NCBI GenBank assembly: GCA_964526375.1
Contig: CAZGLK010000001.1
Coordinates: 4,811 to 68,810 of the forward strand
Reading direction: 5' to 3'
DNA from: an uncultured Candidatus Saccharibacteria bacterium
GTDB taxonomy: Bacteria; Patescibacteriota; Minisyncoccia; JACQLN01
DNA length: 64,000 nt
Under the pieces are notes generated by a model that did not search any database, was not told the origin of the DNA, and saw only the letters and a program-made list of their open reading frames with translations. Position numbers and translations under genes: made by a program. Positions 24,896 through 34,668 of this stretch are shown piece by piece (positions within the stretch are counted from its first letter, which is position 1; each line of letters begins with the position of its first letter).

Positions 24896-25968
24896 CCCAA
24901 AAAGTGGACAAAGACGACGACGTTTTGGGCGTGTATCACCGCTGGATAGAGGAATTGTCTAAAAAGGCGGATAAGATAAGTGTCGTTTGTCTTTATAAAG
25001 GCCGTTCCGAACTTCCCGGAAATGTGAGGGTCTTCTCTTTAGGCAAAGAAATCCTATCGGACGCGGATTCACGCGGATGGCGACGCGGATTCACGCGGAT
25101 CAAATATATTCTCCGGTTCTATAAATATATTTGGGGATTGAGAAAAGAATGCGACTCGGTTTTTGTCCACATGAATCCAATCTATATTGTTTTGGGGGGA
25201 TTATTTTGGAAAGCGCTCGGTAAGAAGGTATTGTTGTGGTACAACCATCCGCTGGGCAACTTAACGGCTAGATTCGGTATCGCTCTGGCTGATAAGGTGT
25301 TTTGCACATCCCGCTATTCTTTTTCGGCGAAATATAGAGGAACTGAAATTATGCCGGTGGGCGTAGATACATCTTTTTTTGAACCGATGCCGGAGGTGGT
25401 TAAAAAACGCAACAGAATTTTATACTTGGGCCGCATATCGCCCATCAAAAAAATAGGGGTTTTGATAGACGCGGTCAAGATGCTGGAGATTCAAGGCCTT
25501 GATTTTGAACTCTGGGTTGTTGGCTCACCCGCTTCGCCGCAGGACAAAAGGTACGAAATTGAGATAAAAAAAACAACGGCGGGATTGTTTTTAAAAGGCA
25601 AGGTTGTTTTTAAATCTGCTGTGCCTCACCACGAAGCGCCAAAAATTTATAATTCAGCCGGAGTCTTTGTTAACCTTACTCCCACTGGCAGTTTTGATAA
25701 AACTATTTTGGAAGCTATGGCTTGTGAAACACCAGTGTTGGTAGCCAATAGAACCATGGAACAATATTTACCAAAGAAATTGCAACAACTCTGCCTTTTT
25801 CAAGAAGACAACGCGGGTGAGTTGTGTGGCCGGCTGGAGCAGTTGTTTGAATTATCCTATGGAGAAAGGCAGAAGATGAGTCAAGAGCTACGGGATATAG
25901 TGACGAAACAACATAGCATGGATAGTTTAATAGAACGATTCTCGCATTTTTTTGAGAGTCGTTTGTAG
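24874..25968 (+). CDS. GT4 glycosyltransferase
   Basis: …GRISPIKKIGVLIDA…GSFDKTILEAMACETPVLVANRT…; contains the CGCGGAT repeat pair. Confidence 0.75.
   Translation: MAKLLFITQKVDKDDDVLGVYHRWIEELSKKADKISVVCLYKGRSELPGNVRVFSLGKEILSDADSRGWRRGFTRIKYILRFYKYIWGLRKECDSVFVHMNPIYIVLGGLFWKALGKKVLLWYNHPLGNLTARFGIALADKVFCTSRYSFSAKYRGTEIMPVGVDTSFFEPMPEVVKKRNRILYLGRISPIKKIGVLIDAVKMLEIQGLDFELWVVGSPASPQDKRYEIEIKKTTAGLFLKGKVVFKSAVPHHEAPKIYNSAGVFVNLTPTGSFDKTILEAMACETPVLVANRTMEQYLPKKLQQLCLFQEDNAGELCGRLEQLFELSYGERQKMSQELRDIVTKQHSMDSLIERFSHFFESRL
25060..25101. repeat. intragenic repeat (ACGCGGATTCACGCGGAT x2)
   Basis: gacgcggattcacgcggatggcgacgcggattcacgcggatc, encoding DADSRGWRRGFTRI. Confidence 0.8.
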
Positions 25969-25973
25969 AACCA

Positions 25974-27449
25974 ATGATTACAAGTCGTCTGGCTTCTGCC
26001 GATTTCATCAAAAAGCATTCATCCCTGTACGAGTTTTTTATCAAGGGGGAAGGTTATTGGCGTTTAAGCGATGCTATAGCTAGTGGTTTGGCTTTAGTTA
26101 GTTCTTTTCTGGTTTTGTCTTTGTTAAGCGTCCACGAGTTCGGTCTTTATCAGTTAGTTCTGGCTTTTATTGGGCTGGTTGGGGGTTTTATTGTTATAGA
26201 TTCTTTTGACGGCATCGTCGCGGTGGAAATGCGCCATTATCTAAATGGCAAACGCACTGATTTGGCCGAGGGTATTTTAAGGGAATATGCTTGCGTGAAA
26301 GTGCTGGTAGTGACAATGACGACCGCGGCTATATTTTTTGCTTCCGACCTGATTGCCCGCAGATACGGTGCTGATGTAAGCCTCTTCGTTAAAATAGCTT
26401 CACTTTTTCTGATAATTGACACTCTTCAGTCTTTAGCAAATATTTTTCTTAAGGTTATATTCTCGTTTGTTTACTTTTTTGGTGCGGTCGTGCGGGAGGT
26501 AGTTAAATTGACATTGCTCGTGGGGTGGATGTTTTGGGGTAAGGTAGGCATAGCCACAATATTGATGCTGGGTATTTTTGGTTGGGCGGCTGCTTTGATA
26601 TTTACCTCCGGATATTTTTTTAAATTTTATAGGATGGTTTTTAAAACGCCGCAGGAATCTGATTTAGAAAAACAACGTTTTCCTATACTTGCCTATAAAC
26701 AGCGGGAATGGTATAAAATTAAGTTGTTGCTCAACATTTTAAAAAAGCATGGTTTTTGGACCACGGGCCGGTATTTATTTTCTAAAGCGACGAAAAACAC
26801 AACCCCGTGGCTGATAAAGTTTTTTATCAACACCGAAGCGGTGGCGATTTATGCGTTGGCTATTAATTTGGTTGACTTTGTAGAAAAGTTTTTTCCAATG
26901 AACATGTTAGGTTGGATAATGATGCTGAAGATTGACAGAAGGGAGGAACTTAACCGTATTTTTTCCAAAGCAGTAAAGTATGTTGTTTGTTGGGGTGTTA
27001 TTTTAGGATTTTTAAGTATGATATTTGCGCCGTTCTTAATAAGGTGGATATTGCCCAAGTATGAATCTGCTTTGCCCCTTTTTAAGTTCATGATCTTGGC
27101 GCTGCCTATTTTTGGTTTTTATAAGGTGATGAAGGCTCAATTACTGGTTTTGCGGGAGTATAAAATTTTGGCTTTGCGCATCGTTTTTGAAAGTGTGGTT
27201 ATGGTGGGGATTTTAGTCACGCTTTTACCCACTATCGGTTTAATTGGTGCCGCCGTAGCTTATATTGGAGTTTATATTACCAGGGTGCTGTTTTCGTATC
27301 CCGCCCTGATTCGCAGCCATCCTTATTTGCGTTTGAGTTTTAAGGAATTGGCAAGTTTTGATAAATCTGATAAAGAGTTTTTAATAAGGTTTTGGCAGCA
27401 GCTGATTAGTATTGTTGGATCTTATTGGACCAGATTGAGATTCAAGTAG
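25974..27449 (+). CDS. polysaccharide-biosynthesis membrane protein (Wzx/MOP-type flippase-like, ~12-14 TM helices)
   Basis: 491-aa polytopic protein with the architecture of the oligosaccharide-flippase superfamily. Confidence 0.6.
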   Translation: MITSRLASADFIKKHSSLYEFFIKGEGYWRLSDAIASGLALVSSFLVLSLLSVHEFGLYQLVLAFIGLVGGFIVIDSFDGIVAVEMRHYLNGKRTDLAEGILREYACVKVLVVTMTTAAIFFASDLIARRYGADVSLFVKIASLFLIIDTLQSLANIFLKVIFSFVYFFGAVVREVVKLTLLVGWMFWGKVGIATILMLGIFGWAAALIFTSGYFFKFYRMVFKTPQESDLEKQRFPILAYKQREWYKIKLLLNILKKHGFWTTGRYLFSKATKNTTPWLIKFFINTEAVAIYALAINLVDFVEKFFPMNMLGWIMMLKIDRREELNRIFSKAVKYVVCWGVILGFLSMIFAPFLIRWILPKYESALPLFKFMILALPIFGFYKVMKAQLLVLREYKILALRIVFESVVMVGILVTLLPTIGLIGAAVAYIGVYITRVLFSYPALIRSHPYLRLSFKELASFDKSDKEFLIRFWQQLISIVGSYWTRLRFK

Positions 27450-27458
27450 GGTGATAAG

Positions 27459-28850
27459 GTGTCCTCGCAAAGAAACAGACAAAGACCAGAAATTATGTTT
27501 AAGAAAACTATTTTCATAACGGCGTTTTTTAATCTGGCGGTCCGGAATATTTTAAGCACCGATTTTTTGGATATCCTAAAATCGAGAAAGGATTTGAGGG
27601 TAATTCTGCTTGTGCCGGAGGGAAGAAAATTCTTGTTTGAACGGGAGTTTGGAGAAACCAATGTAGTGGTGGAGGAAATCCCTTTCAGACGTATATCGCG
27701 ATTGAACCTCTTGTTTCATTTTTTGTCGTGGAATTTACTTAGCACGCACAGCAAGAAAATCCATCGTCTTGTTCAATTGCGCAAGGATAACAATTATTTG
27801 ATGTTCTGGCTGACCAGCCTTTTGGGGTTTTTGGGCAGATTCAACCCGACAAAAAAAGTGTTTAGGTGGCTGGATTATAATTTTTCCCCGCGGGATGTTT
27901 TTGATCCCTGGTTTGATAAATATAAACCCGACTTGGTTTTGGCCACAGACATTCAGGATTTAAGAGTTCAGGAATTAAGCGATACCGCCTTGGTGCGTGT
28001 GGCTAGAAACAAGGATGTGGCGAGCGTGGGCATGTCTCGCTCTTGGGATGCTATAACCACAAAAGGTTTGCTGCGAACTCTGCCCGATATCTTGGTGACC
28101 CAGAGCGAGAACATGAAAAAGATGGCGGTTTGTTATCATGGTTTGGACCCCGAAAGGGTTGCGGCGGTTGGTTTTCCTCATTACGACTCTTATGTTAAAG
28201 GTACCAGGATTGATCGCGGAGTTTTTTTTAAGAGATTGGAATTGAATCCCAACAAACGGCTGATATTTTTTGTCCCGCCAAGTGACCTTTGGACCGGTGA
28301 CAAATCGCTCAATTTTTATTTATTGCGGCTCCTGGCTGGTTTAGGTGAGCAGGTTGTGGTTCGGTTCCCTTTGTTTGGGGAGCTTGATATTGGCGACTTT
28401 GTTCCCCCAGGCTACATGATTTTTGACAAGCCCAGAAATGTTTCTCAACTGGAAGAATCATTTTTGAACAGGCAAGATGATGCTCATTTGGCTGATCTTA
28501 TCTATCACAGCGATGTTGTGCTGACCGGTCCATCAAGTATAATTTTGGATGCGGCTATTTTGGATAAACCGACTATCCTGCTTGGTTTTGATGGTGATAC
28601 AAGTAAACCTTACTGGAAGAGTTTAAGAAGGTATTATGATTATGAACATCAGCAGGTTGTTATTAATGGAGCCGGGACCAGAATTGCCACCAGCGGGGAA
28701 GAATTGATTGCTTATTTGCGGGTCTGTCTGAATAACCCCCAGCAGGGGTCGACATTTAGGCGCACGATTGCTCAAGAGGCCTGTTATAGTTTAGACGGAC
28801 AGTCGGGCGAGCGTTTGGCCAAGCTGGTTTTAAAAAGGTTGGACTTATGA
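27459..28850 (+). CDS. GT-B-fold transferase, TagB/TagF (CDP-glycerol glycerophosphotransferase) / KpsC-like family, paralog 1 of 5
   Basis: Shared family pattern: N-terminal …I(F/L)(S/T)… Rossmann, YKPDLVLATDI…, (M/I)(S/R)SWD(N/A)(I/L)T(S/T)KG…, GxPxxD(S/R)Y…, then a C-terminal …(I/L)(I/L)(Y/F)(S/A)P… and …SLDGQSGERLA. Confidence 0.6.
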   Translation: MSSQRNRQRPEIMFKKTIFITAFFNLAVRNILSTDFLDILKSRKDLRVILLVPEGRKFLFEREFGETNVVVEEIPFRRISRLNLLFHFLSWNLLSTHSKKIHRLVQLRKDNNYLMFWLTSLLGFLGRFNPTKKVFRWLDYNFSPRDVFDPWFDKYKPDLVLATDIQDLRVQELSDTALVRVARNKDVASVGMSRSWDAITTKGLLRTLPDILVTQSENMKKMAVCYHGLDPERVAAVGFPHYDSYVKGTRIDRGVFFKRLELNPNKRLIFFVPPSDLWTGDKSLNFYLLRLLAGLGEQVVVRFPLFGELDIGDFVPPGYMIFDKPRNVSQLEESFLNRQDDAHLADLIYHSDVVLTGPSSIILDAAILDKPTILLGFDGDTSKPYWKSLRRYYDYEHQQVVINGAGTRIATSGEELIAYLRVCLNNPQQGSTFRRTIAQEACYSLDGQSGERLAKLVLKRLDL

Positions 28851-29932
28851 AGATTTGTTACCTGAACCGCCATCTGCAGGACAATACCGGCGTGGGCGCT
28901 TTCTGTTTGTCGTTAACCAGGTCCATAGTCGGTATTAGATCCGATGTTTCTTATAATGTTTTGACCGGTGAGGATATTCTCTCGGGCGGTTTTTTTGGCT
29001 TGGTTTTCAATTTTTTTAAAATACGAAGGTTTTTTAGGCAATATGACATAATCCATGCTTTGGACGCATGGCCTTATGGGGTCATAGCTGCATTTTTTTC
29101 TTTGGGTCTTAAAAAAAGGGTTCTGATTACAGCGGTCGGCACGGGTGCGGTGGAGCCGTTATACCACACTTTAAAAAAGCAGTTGTTAATCTGGGCTTAC
29201 AGAAACGCCCATAGGGTTGTGGCGGTAAGCAGTAACACCAGATCCGAGATTTTGAAGGTGGTTCCTGATCTTAAAATTGATGTTATCAACCACGGAGTCG
29301 ATGTTTCCAAGTTCCCCGCCTCCGCCGACCCGCTTCGCCAGAGCTTCAGCGAGATTGAAAATCTCAGACCTTACATTTTGAGCGTTGGTTGGCTTAAACC
29401 AAGAAAGGGATTGATCTATTCTTTGAGAGCCTTTGCCCTGATTGCCCCTAAGTTTCAAGGGCTTCGCTACATGATTGTAGGCGAGGGTTTGGAATACGAA
29501 AACCTTGTAGCGGAGAGTATAAGATTGGGTGTTCATGATAAGGTAATCATACTCAAGAAAGTCTCGGAGGAATACTTGGCATCTTTGTATAAGGGCGCGG
29601 AGTTGTTTTTGTTGCTTCCCCAGAGCGACAGCAAAGATATCGAAGGATTTGGGCTTGTCTTTCTGGAGGCGGCCGCTTGCGGCCTGCCGGTGGTAGGAAC
29701 TTATAAAAGCGGGGCCGCAGACGCAATTTGGGAAGGCCACAACGGCTTTTTGGTAGAACCACGGGATCCTCAAGCCGCTGCCGAGGCCGTGTTGAAAATT
29801 TTGACGGATCACACTCTTAGGAATGAATTTTCTCGCAACTCTATTTTGTTTGCCCAAAAGATGAGTTGGGACAAAGCGGCCCGCCTGTATTTGGATGTTT
29901 ACGAGTCCCAGATCAAGCAAAAACAAACTTGA
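28847..29932 (+). CDS. GT4 glycosyltransferase
   Basis: …EGFGLVFLEAAACGLPVVGTYKSGA…. Confidence 0.8.
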   Translation: MKICYLNRHLQDNTGVGAFCLSLTRSIVGIRSDVSYNVLTGEDILSGGFFGLVFNFFKIRRFFRQYDIIHALDAWPYGVIAAFFSLGLKKRVLITAVGTGAVEPLYHTLKKQLLIWAYRNAHRVVAVSSNTRSEILKVVPDLKIDVINHGVDVSKFPASADPLRQSFSEIENLRPYILSVGWLKPRKGLIYSLRAFALIAPKFQGLRYMIVGEGLEYENLVAESIRLGVHDKVIILKKVSEEYLASLYKGAELFLLLPQSDSKDIEGFGLVFLEAAACGLPVVGTYKSGAADAIWEGHNGFLVEPRDPQAAAEAVLKILTDHTLRNEFSRNSILFAQKMSWDKAARLYLDVYESQIKQKQT

Positions 29933-30567
29933 TCGGCGAATAGATTGGGCCAGAAATATTTTAACAATCGCGTTCCAGAACTAACCTCCCTTTGGCTGAT
30001 CTTAAAACCTAGTTTTTGGGTTGCAGCTTCAAAGTCTTTTACGGAAAAAAAGCGCAGGTGTTCCCTTGGTTCAAGAATCCATTGTTTGGGGAATCGTCCT
30101 AAAATTAACAGCCGGAGACGATGTTTCCAGAGAGCGATATTAGGTATAGAAACCAGCACGGCTTTTTTGGTTACCCGCCGGGCTTCCAGCAGCAGTTCTT
30201 CCGGATTGGGGATGTGTTCTAATGTTTCGGAGATGATTGTAAAATCAAACTCGCCGTCGTTAAACGGCAACTTTTTAGCGGCATCATGTCTTTGGGCTGG
30301 TATCTTTCTTTCCCGGCAGATATTTAAGGCAGTTTCCGAGATATCCAGCCCCAAGGGCCGGATGTTCCGCTTGGAGGCAACGAGGTAACGGAGCAGGGAG
30401 CAATCGCCGCAGCCCACATCTAAAACCTTGGAGCCATCGGCTATCCATTGGGCGAATATCTTGTGCCGGGGGCGATAACCGGATTGACCTCGGTGCCGCC
30501 AGTAGCTTTCGTAGAATGGAGAGTTGGGGTCGTCCGTTTTTGTTTTTAGTAGAGTTTTTTCTTCCAA
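29899..30567 (-). CDS. class I SAM-dependent methyltransferase
   Basis: Motif I VLDVGCGDCSLL. Confidence 0.7.
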   Translation of the reverse strand: MEEKTLLKTKTDDPNSPFYESYWRHRGQSGYRPRHKIFAQWIADGSKVLDVGCGDCSLLRYLVASKRNIRPLGLDISETALNICRERKIPAQRHDAAKKLPFNDGEFDFTIISETLEHIPNPEELLLEARRVTKKAVLVSIPNIALWKHRLRLLILGRFPKQWILEPREHLRFFSVKDFEAATQKLGFKISQREVSSGTRLLKYFWPNLFADQVCFCLIWDS

Positions 30568-31589
30568 GTTTGAGGTATGTGTTTATGTTCCAATTCCAGG
30601 GAATCAAGATATTTAAATTTTTGCGGCCCTAACGTTTTGGCCCAGGCTATTGTCTTTTTAAGACCCGTCTCCAGGGAGGTTTGTTTTATATTGCCCAAGA
30701 GTTTTCTCATGGTCTCGTGGCTGGAATAAGCCAATTTGACTTCTTGGGGTCTGGACGGCAAATACTCTGGATTAAATTGCGGCGGCGCTTTTTTCCCAAA
30801 AAATTCTTTCAGGATGATATCTTTTAAGTGATTCAAGGTTACATTTTCGTTTGAGCCTACATTTATGGTGTTATTCTGGCACTTTTTGGAGAAGGCGGCT
30901 TTAACCATAGCCGTGGTGACATCGCTTATGTAACTAAAGGCCCGTTGTTGTAAGCCATCGCCGTAAATATAGAAGTTTTTGCCTTGCCCGAGTCTGTTTA
31001 TAAAAATACCGACGACATTGCGGTAAGGATCGCTAAGATTTTGTCTGGGCCCATAGACGTTGTGCGGCCTGATGATGACATACTTAAAACCATAGACTGT
31101 GGACATAATCCTGGTTACACTTTCCATGGCTGCTTTGGCCACACCATAGATGTCCTCTGGAGCAGGTGTCATGCTCTCTCTGAAAGGAACTTGTTGGTTG
31201 CCATAAACGCTCATGGAACTCACCAGTATTATCTTTTTAACGCCATTTTTTATGGCTGGCACCAGCAGGTTTAAATAGGCCAGCAGGTTTCTGTCCATGG
31301 CACTAAATGGGGTAAATTGGCTTCGCCCTTCTGTGGCATCGGCGGCTAAATGAAAGATTGTGTCTGGCTTAAGCTTATTAATGTATTCGGCCGTTTTTTC
31401 GCGGCGGCGTAGGTCCAATTTGGTAAAGTATTTCTTTTGGGAGACATTGCGCATAAAACCACCAGAAAGATCATCAACTCCGAAAACCTTGTATTTTTTA
31501 AGGTCATGGAGTCTATCGTAAATATGGCTGCCCATGAATCCGGCTGAGCCGGTTATCAGAATCTTTTGTTTTGGCATGGCACTGGTCAT
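30546..31589 (-). CDS. NAD-dependent epimerase/dehydratase family protein
   Basis: ILITGSAGFMGSH… YxxxK (YGVAKAA). Confidence 0.75.
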   Translation of the reverse strand: MTSAMPKQKILITGSAGFMGSHIYDRLHDLKKYKVFGVDDLSGGFMRNVSQKKYFTKLDLRRREKTAEYINKLKPDTIFHLAADATEGRSQFTPFSAMDRNLLAYLNLLVPAIKNGVKKIILVSSMSVYGNQQVPFRESMTPAPEDIYGVAKAAMESVTRIMSTVYGFKYVIIRPHNVYGPRQNLSDPYRNVVGIFINRLGQGKNFYIYGDGLQQRAFSYISDVTTAMVKAAFSKKCQNNTINVGSNENVTLNHLKDIILKEFFGKKAPPQFNPEYLPSRPQEVKLAYSSHETMRKLLGNIKQTSLETGLKKTIAWAKTLGPQKFKYLDSLELEHKHIPQTWKKKLY

Positions 31590-31596
31590 TATGACT

Positions 31597-32646
31597 CTAT
31601 TTGATTAAACACTTTAACATACTTTTCAGGTTTTTTCCAATCAACTCCGGCGTGGCGCTGGAAGTAAATTTCGCATGTCCCTGCCGGGCTATGGCCTGAC
31701 GCAACTCGGGGTTTCCCTTTAGAGTTATGATAGCCCGGGCTATTGATTCGGGATTGGCTATTGGCACGAGCATAAGTTCTGTTTCGTCAAACAGCTCTCG
31801 TATGGCCGGCGTGTCGGCGGTTATAACCGGTTTGCCCATAGCCAGGTATTCGTACACTTTGTTGGGAATTACCATTTTTGTTTTTGAGGTGTTGCCAAAG
31901 ATACCCAGGCAAATGTCCATTCTAGCTACCCATTGAGGTACTGCCTCTGCGGGTATTCTGACGTCGTGAAATTTAACATTATTAAGTTCTAAGCCCCGGG
32001 CTATTTTTTTGGCTAAGTTTAGCGTCTGGCCGTTACCCACCATCAGCAGTTCAAGGCTGGGGTCTTTGATTAAGCCTAAGGCTTGGATAATATATTCTAC
32101 CCCCTGTAAGGGCACGAACGTTCCCTGGAAACCAATGGTCGTCTTTTCGTTGACGAGGCCATCTTGGGGATAAAAGATGTCTGTATCCGCCCCAATCCAA
32201 ACTCGCGCGAATTTTGACGGAGGCTGGTGAAAAGTCCGACAAAAATATTTTATGTGTTCTTGGGTGTCCAGCAATACCAAATTGGCGACTCTGGCCGAGG
32301 CCCAATCCAGAAAATAGTTGTGGCAGGCTGTCCACGAGAGCTTGGCGTGCAGTTTTCTGTCTTCAACCACGGTGTTGTAAAGGGAATAGAAAGCGTCAAG
32401 TACTATGGGTTTTCTGGTTATGAGACGGGCGAATAGGGCCATGCCTTGGCCGGCAAATCCAACAATCATAATATCGTAGCTGTCTCTGATTCGCCGGTGT
32501 TTACGGAACAGACTAACGAGTTTTTTAAAACCGGCCGCTCTTTCGTGGCATTCAATAACATTCACTCCGTTTTTTCGGAGGCCTTTGATTATTATTCTGT
32601 TTCTGGAGTAATCTCGGTTATAGGAGCCGAAGTAGCAAATGGTCAT
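31597..32646 (-). CDS. GT4 glycosyltransferase
   Basis: …KVYEYLAMGKPVITADTPAIRELF…. Confidence 0.75.
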   Translation of the reverse strand: MTICYFGSYNRDYSRNRIIIKGLRKNGVNVIECHERAAGFKKLVSLFRKHRRIRDSYDIMIVGFAGQGMALFARLITRKPIVLDAFYSLYNTVVEDRKLHAKLSWTACHNYFLDWASARVANLVLLDTQEHIKYFCRTFHQPPSKFARVWIGADTDIFYPQDGLVNEKTTIGFQGTFVPLQGVEYIIQALGLIKDPSLELLMVGNGQTLNLAKKIARGLELNNVKFHDVRIPAEAVPQWVARMDICLGIFGNTSKTKMVIPNKVYEYLAMGKPVITADTPAIRELFDETELMLVPIANPESIARAIITLKGNPELRQAIARQGHAKFTSSATPELIGKNLKSMLKCLIK

Positions 32647-34541
32647 TTTTTAATTCGGTAGATTGCTACCGAAGGATTTTTATAAATTAAAGTCAAGTTT
32701 TCATCTAAATCCGAGCGGACGGAATTGATCTGCTGTTCCCACGGCCCATAGTAGGCATAATCGGCTGGCGAGCTTTTCCAATCAGTCTTGAGAAGGCGAT
32801 AACGTTCTATCAGTTCATCAAACTTTTGAAGCTTGGCTAGCTCAATCGCATCAGGCGCGTCGGAGTCAGCGCCCCTTAGGAAGTGGCGAAAATCGCCGTA
32901 TTTGCTGGCAAAATAGTTGCCATAGATATGCCAGACGCTATCATTTAAATTGCTGTCTTTGTCGGGGGGGCATTGGTATTCAAGGCATCCGATTGGGACT
33001 TTACGTTCAAGTCTCTGTCTTAAGATATCTTCGGGGACCTTGAATAATTTATGAGCAGTCAAATATCTTTCTTCTATTTCTTTCATGCTCAACAAAGTAG
33101 TGAAAGCGGTGGCTAGATATGGGCGGGCAGAAGTATAGGTGTTTAGATAAAAAGAGTTCATGCTTGAAGGAGAAAGCAACTTGGGCTCAGGCTCCAGATT
33201 ATTGTTTATCCACCCCCAGGAAGCGGTGATATCGTTGGGAAAAGCATAATACATTACCAGATGGGGCTGGATGCTTTTTTTAATCTCCAAAACATTTACT
33301 ATTTTTTTGGTAACGGTGGCAACACTTAGCAGGACCACCAATAAAACCACCATTTTTTTCAGATGGACATGGCGGTTTTGATATTTCTTGATTAGATCAT
33401 GAGCCAGGATAAACAGAATTATGAACATCGTGGGGCCAATGACCTTAAACCAGGTATGGGGCACGGGTACATAGCCGACTAGCAGCTGAATGTTCCAGAC
33501 CGTTATCATGGTGGCACACATTGACCATAGAAAGACGGCTTTTCTAGAATTTGCCCTGAAGCAAATAAAGTAAATGGCCGGTATCAATAGTAAATAAACC
33601 AAATAGTCCAATATGTTGGCCGAATTTATGCCAATAAATCTGCCTTGGGCCAGACCCAGGCGGAAGGTGTAGTCTTGACTGGCGGGGAGTTGAGAAAATT
33701 TAAAGTAGTTTACAAAGTAAGGTATGGCCATGACGGCCGTGGTTGCCGTCAGCAGGGCCAGGCTTTTTAGCTGGACGGCGTTTTTTCTTTCAAAGGCAAC
33801 GGCATAGCCGAAGAGAATGCCGATTAACACTACCCAGAAGACCCAGAGGTGGAAGTAAATGTAAAAAAGCAATCCAGCGAATAAACCGGCCAGGACGGCT
33901 TTTTTATAAGAAGGCTGTTTCCAAAATCTGTAGAGACTCCAGCAGGCCAACAGGTAAAATGGAACGGTCAAAAGAGGATTATCTATTTGAGCCAGATACA
34001 ATTTGTCAAATTGAGTTTTAACCACGGGGATAAAGTTTTTTACAAAGAAAGCCAAAAAATCATTCCAGCCACGCCAGTCATAAAAGGGCAGTTTGCCCGG
34101 TATGGGGGTGAGGGTTCCAGCCAGCGCCATTAAAACCGACCAGAGTCGGGATTCAAGGATAATTCTTCCGACTAGGTAGAACCCTGCAAAAGCTAGGGCA
34201 GAGAATATAAATTGGGTCAACAAATAGGCCGCATTCATATTCCCTTTGGTTATGAACATTGAGGCGGCAGATAGCGTAGAGGTCAGGGTGTTCATTACTG
34301 TCGGTTGTTCCCTGATGTCACCGGATAAGTCGGCGGGCGGGAAATTGCCGTCATAGATTTCTCGGGCGCGGGGCAGATAATGAAGCAGGCTATTACGGTA
34401 GGTTTTGAACTGGGCCAGCGTAAACTCTTCCCCCGATCTTTCAAAATATTCCTTGATCATTAAAGGCGGCCCAATATAAAGCGAACCTACCAGGATTGAT
34501 AGGCTGGCTATGATTATGATTTCGGTTGACTTGGTTGTCAT
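32643..34541 (-). CDS. large polytopic membrane protein (632 aa), candidate GT-C-fold glycosyltransferase/polymerase
   Basis: More than 12 predicted TM helices; adjacent (divergent) to a DPM1-like GT2, the classical polyprenyl-P-sugar synthase/GT-C pairing; paralog of the partial ORF at 63031. Confidence 0.55.
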   Translation of the reverse strand: MTTKSTEIIIIASLSILVGSLYIGPPLMIKEYFERSGEEFTLAQFKTYRNSLLHYLPRAREIYDGNFPPADLSGDIREQPTVMNTLTSTLSAASMFITKGNMNAAYLLTQFIFSALAFAGFYLVGRIILESRLWSVLMALAGTLTPIPGKLPFYDWRGWNDFLAFFVKNFIPVVKTQFDKLYLAQIDNPLLTVPFYLLACWSLYRFWKQPSYKKAVLAGLFAGLLFYIYFHLWVFWVVLIGILFGYAVAFERKNAVQLKSLALLTATTAVMAIPYFVNYFKFSQLPASQDYTFRLGLAQGRFIGINSANILDYLVYLLLIPAIYFICFRANSRKAVFLWSMCATMITVWNIQLLVGYVPVPHTWFKVIGPTMFIILFILAHDLIKKYQNRHVHLKKMVVLLVVLLSVATVTKKIVNVLEIKKSIQPHLVMYYAFPNDITASWGWINNNLEPEPKLLSPSSMNSFYLNTYTSARPYLATAFTTLLSMKEIEERYLTAHKLFKVPEDILRQRLERKVPIGCLEYQCPPDKDSNLNDSVWHIYGNYFASKYGDFRHFLRGADSDAPDAIELAKLQKFDELIERYRLLKTDWKSSPADYAYYGPWEQQINSVRSDLDENLTLIYKNPSVAIYRIKK

Positions 34542-34668
34542 AATCCAGTATTCTATCTTGATATCGGCTATGGTTAATAATAGACCGGTTTTACCGGTAA
34601 TGACAATCCGTCTAGTGATTTAGCCCCTTTGATTTACGGCGAGTTTTTTTTGTTTTATCATTAGATAT

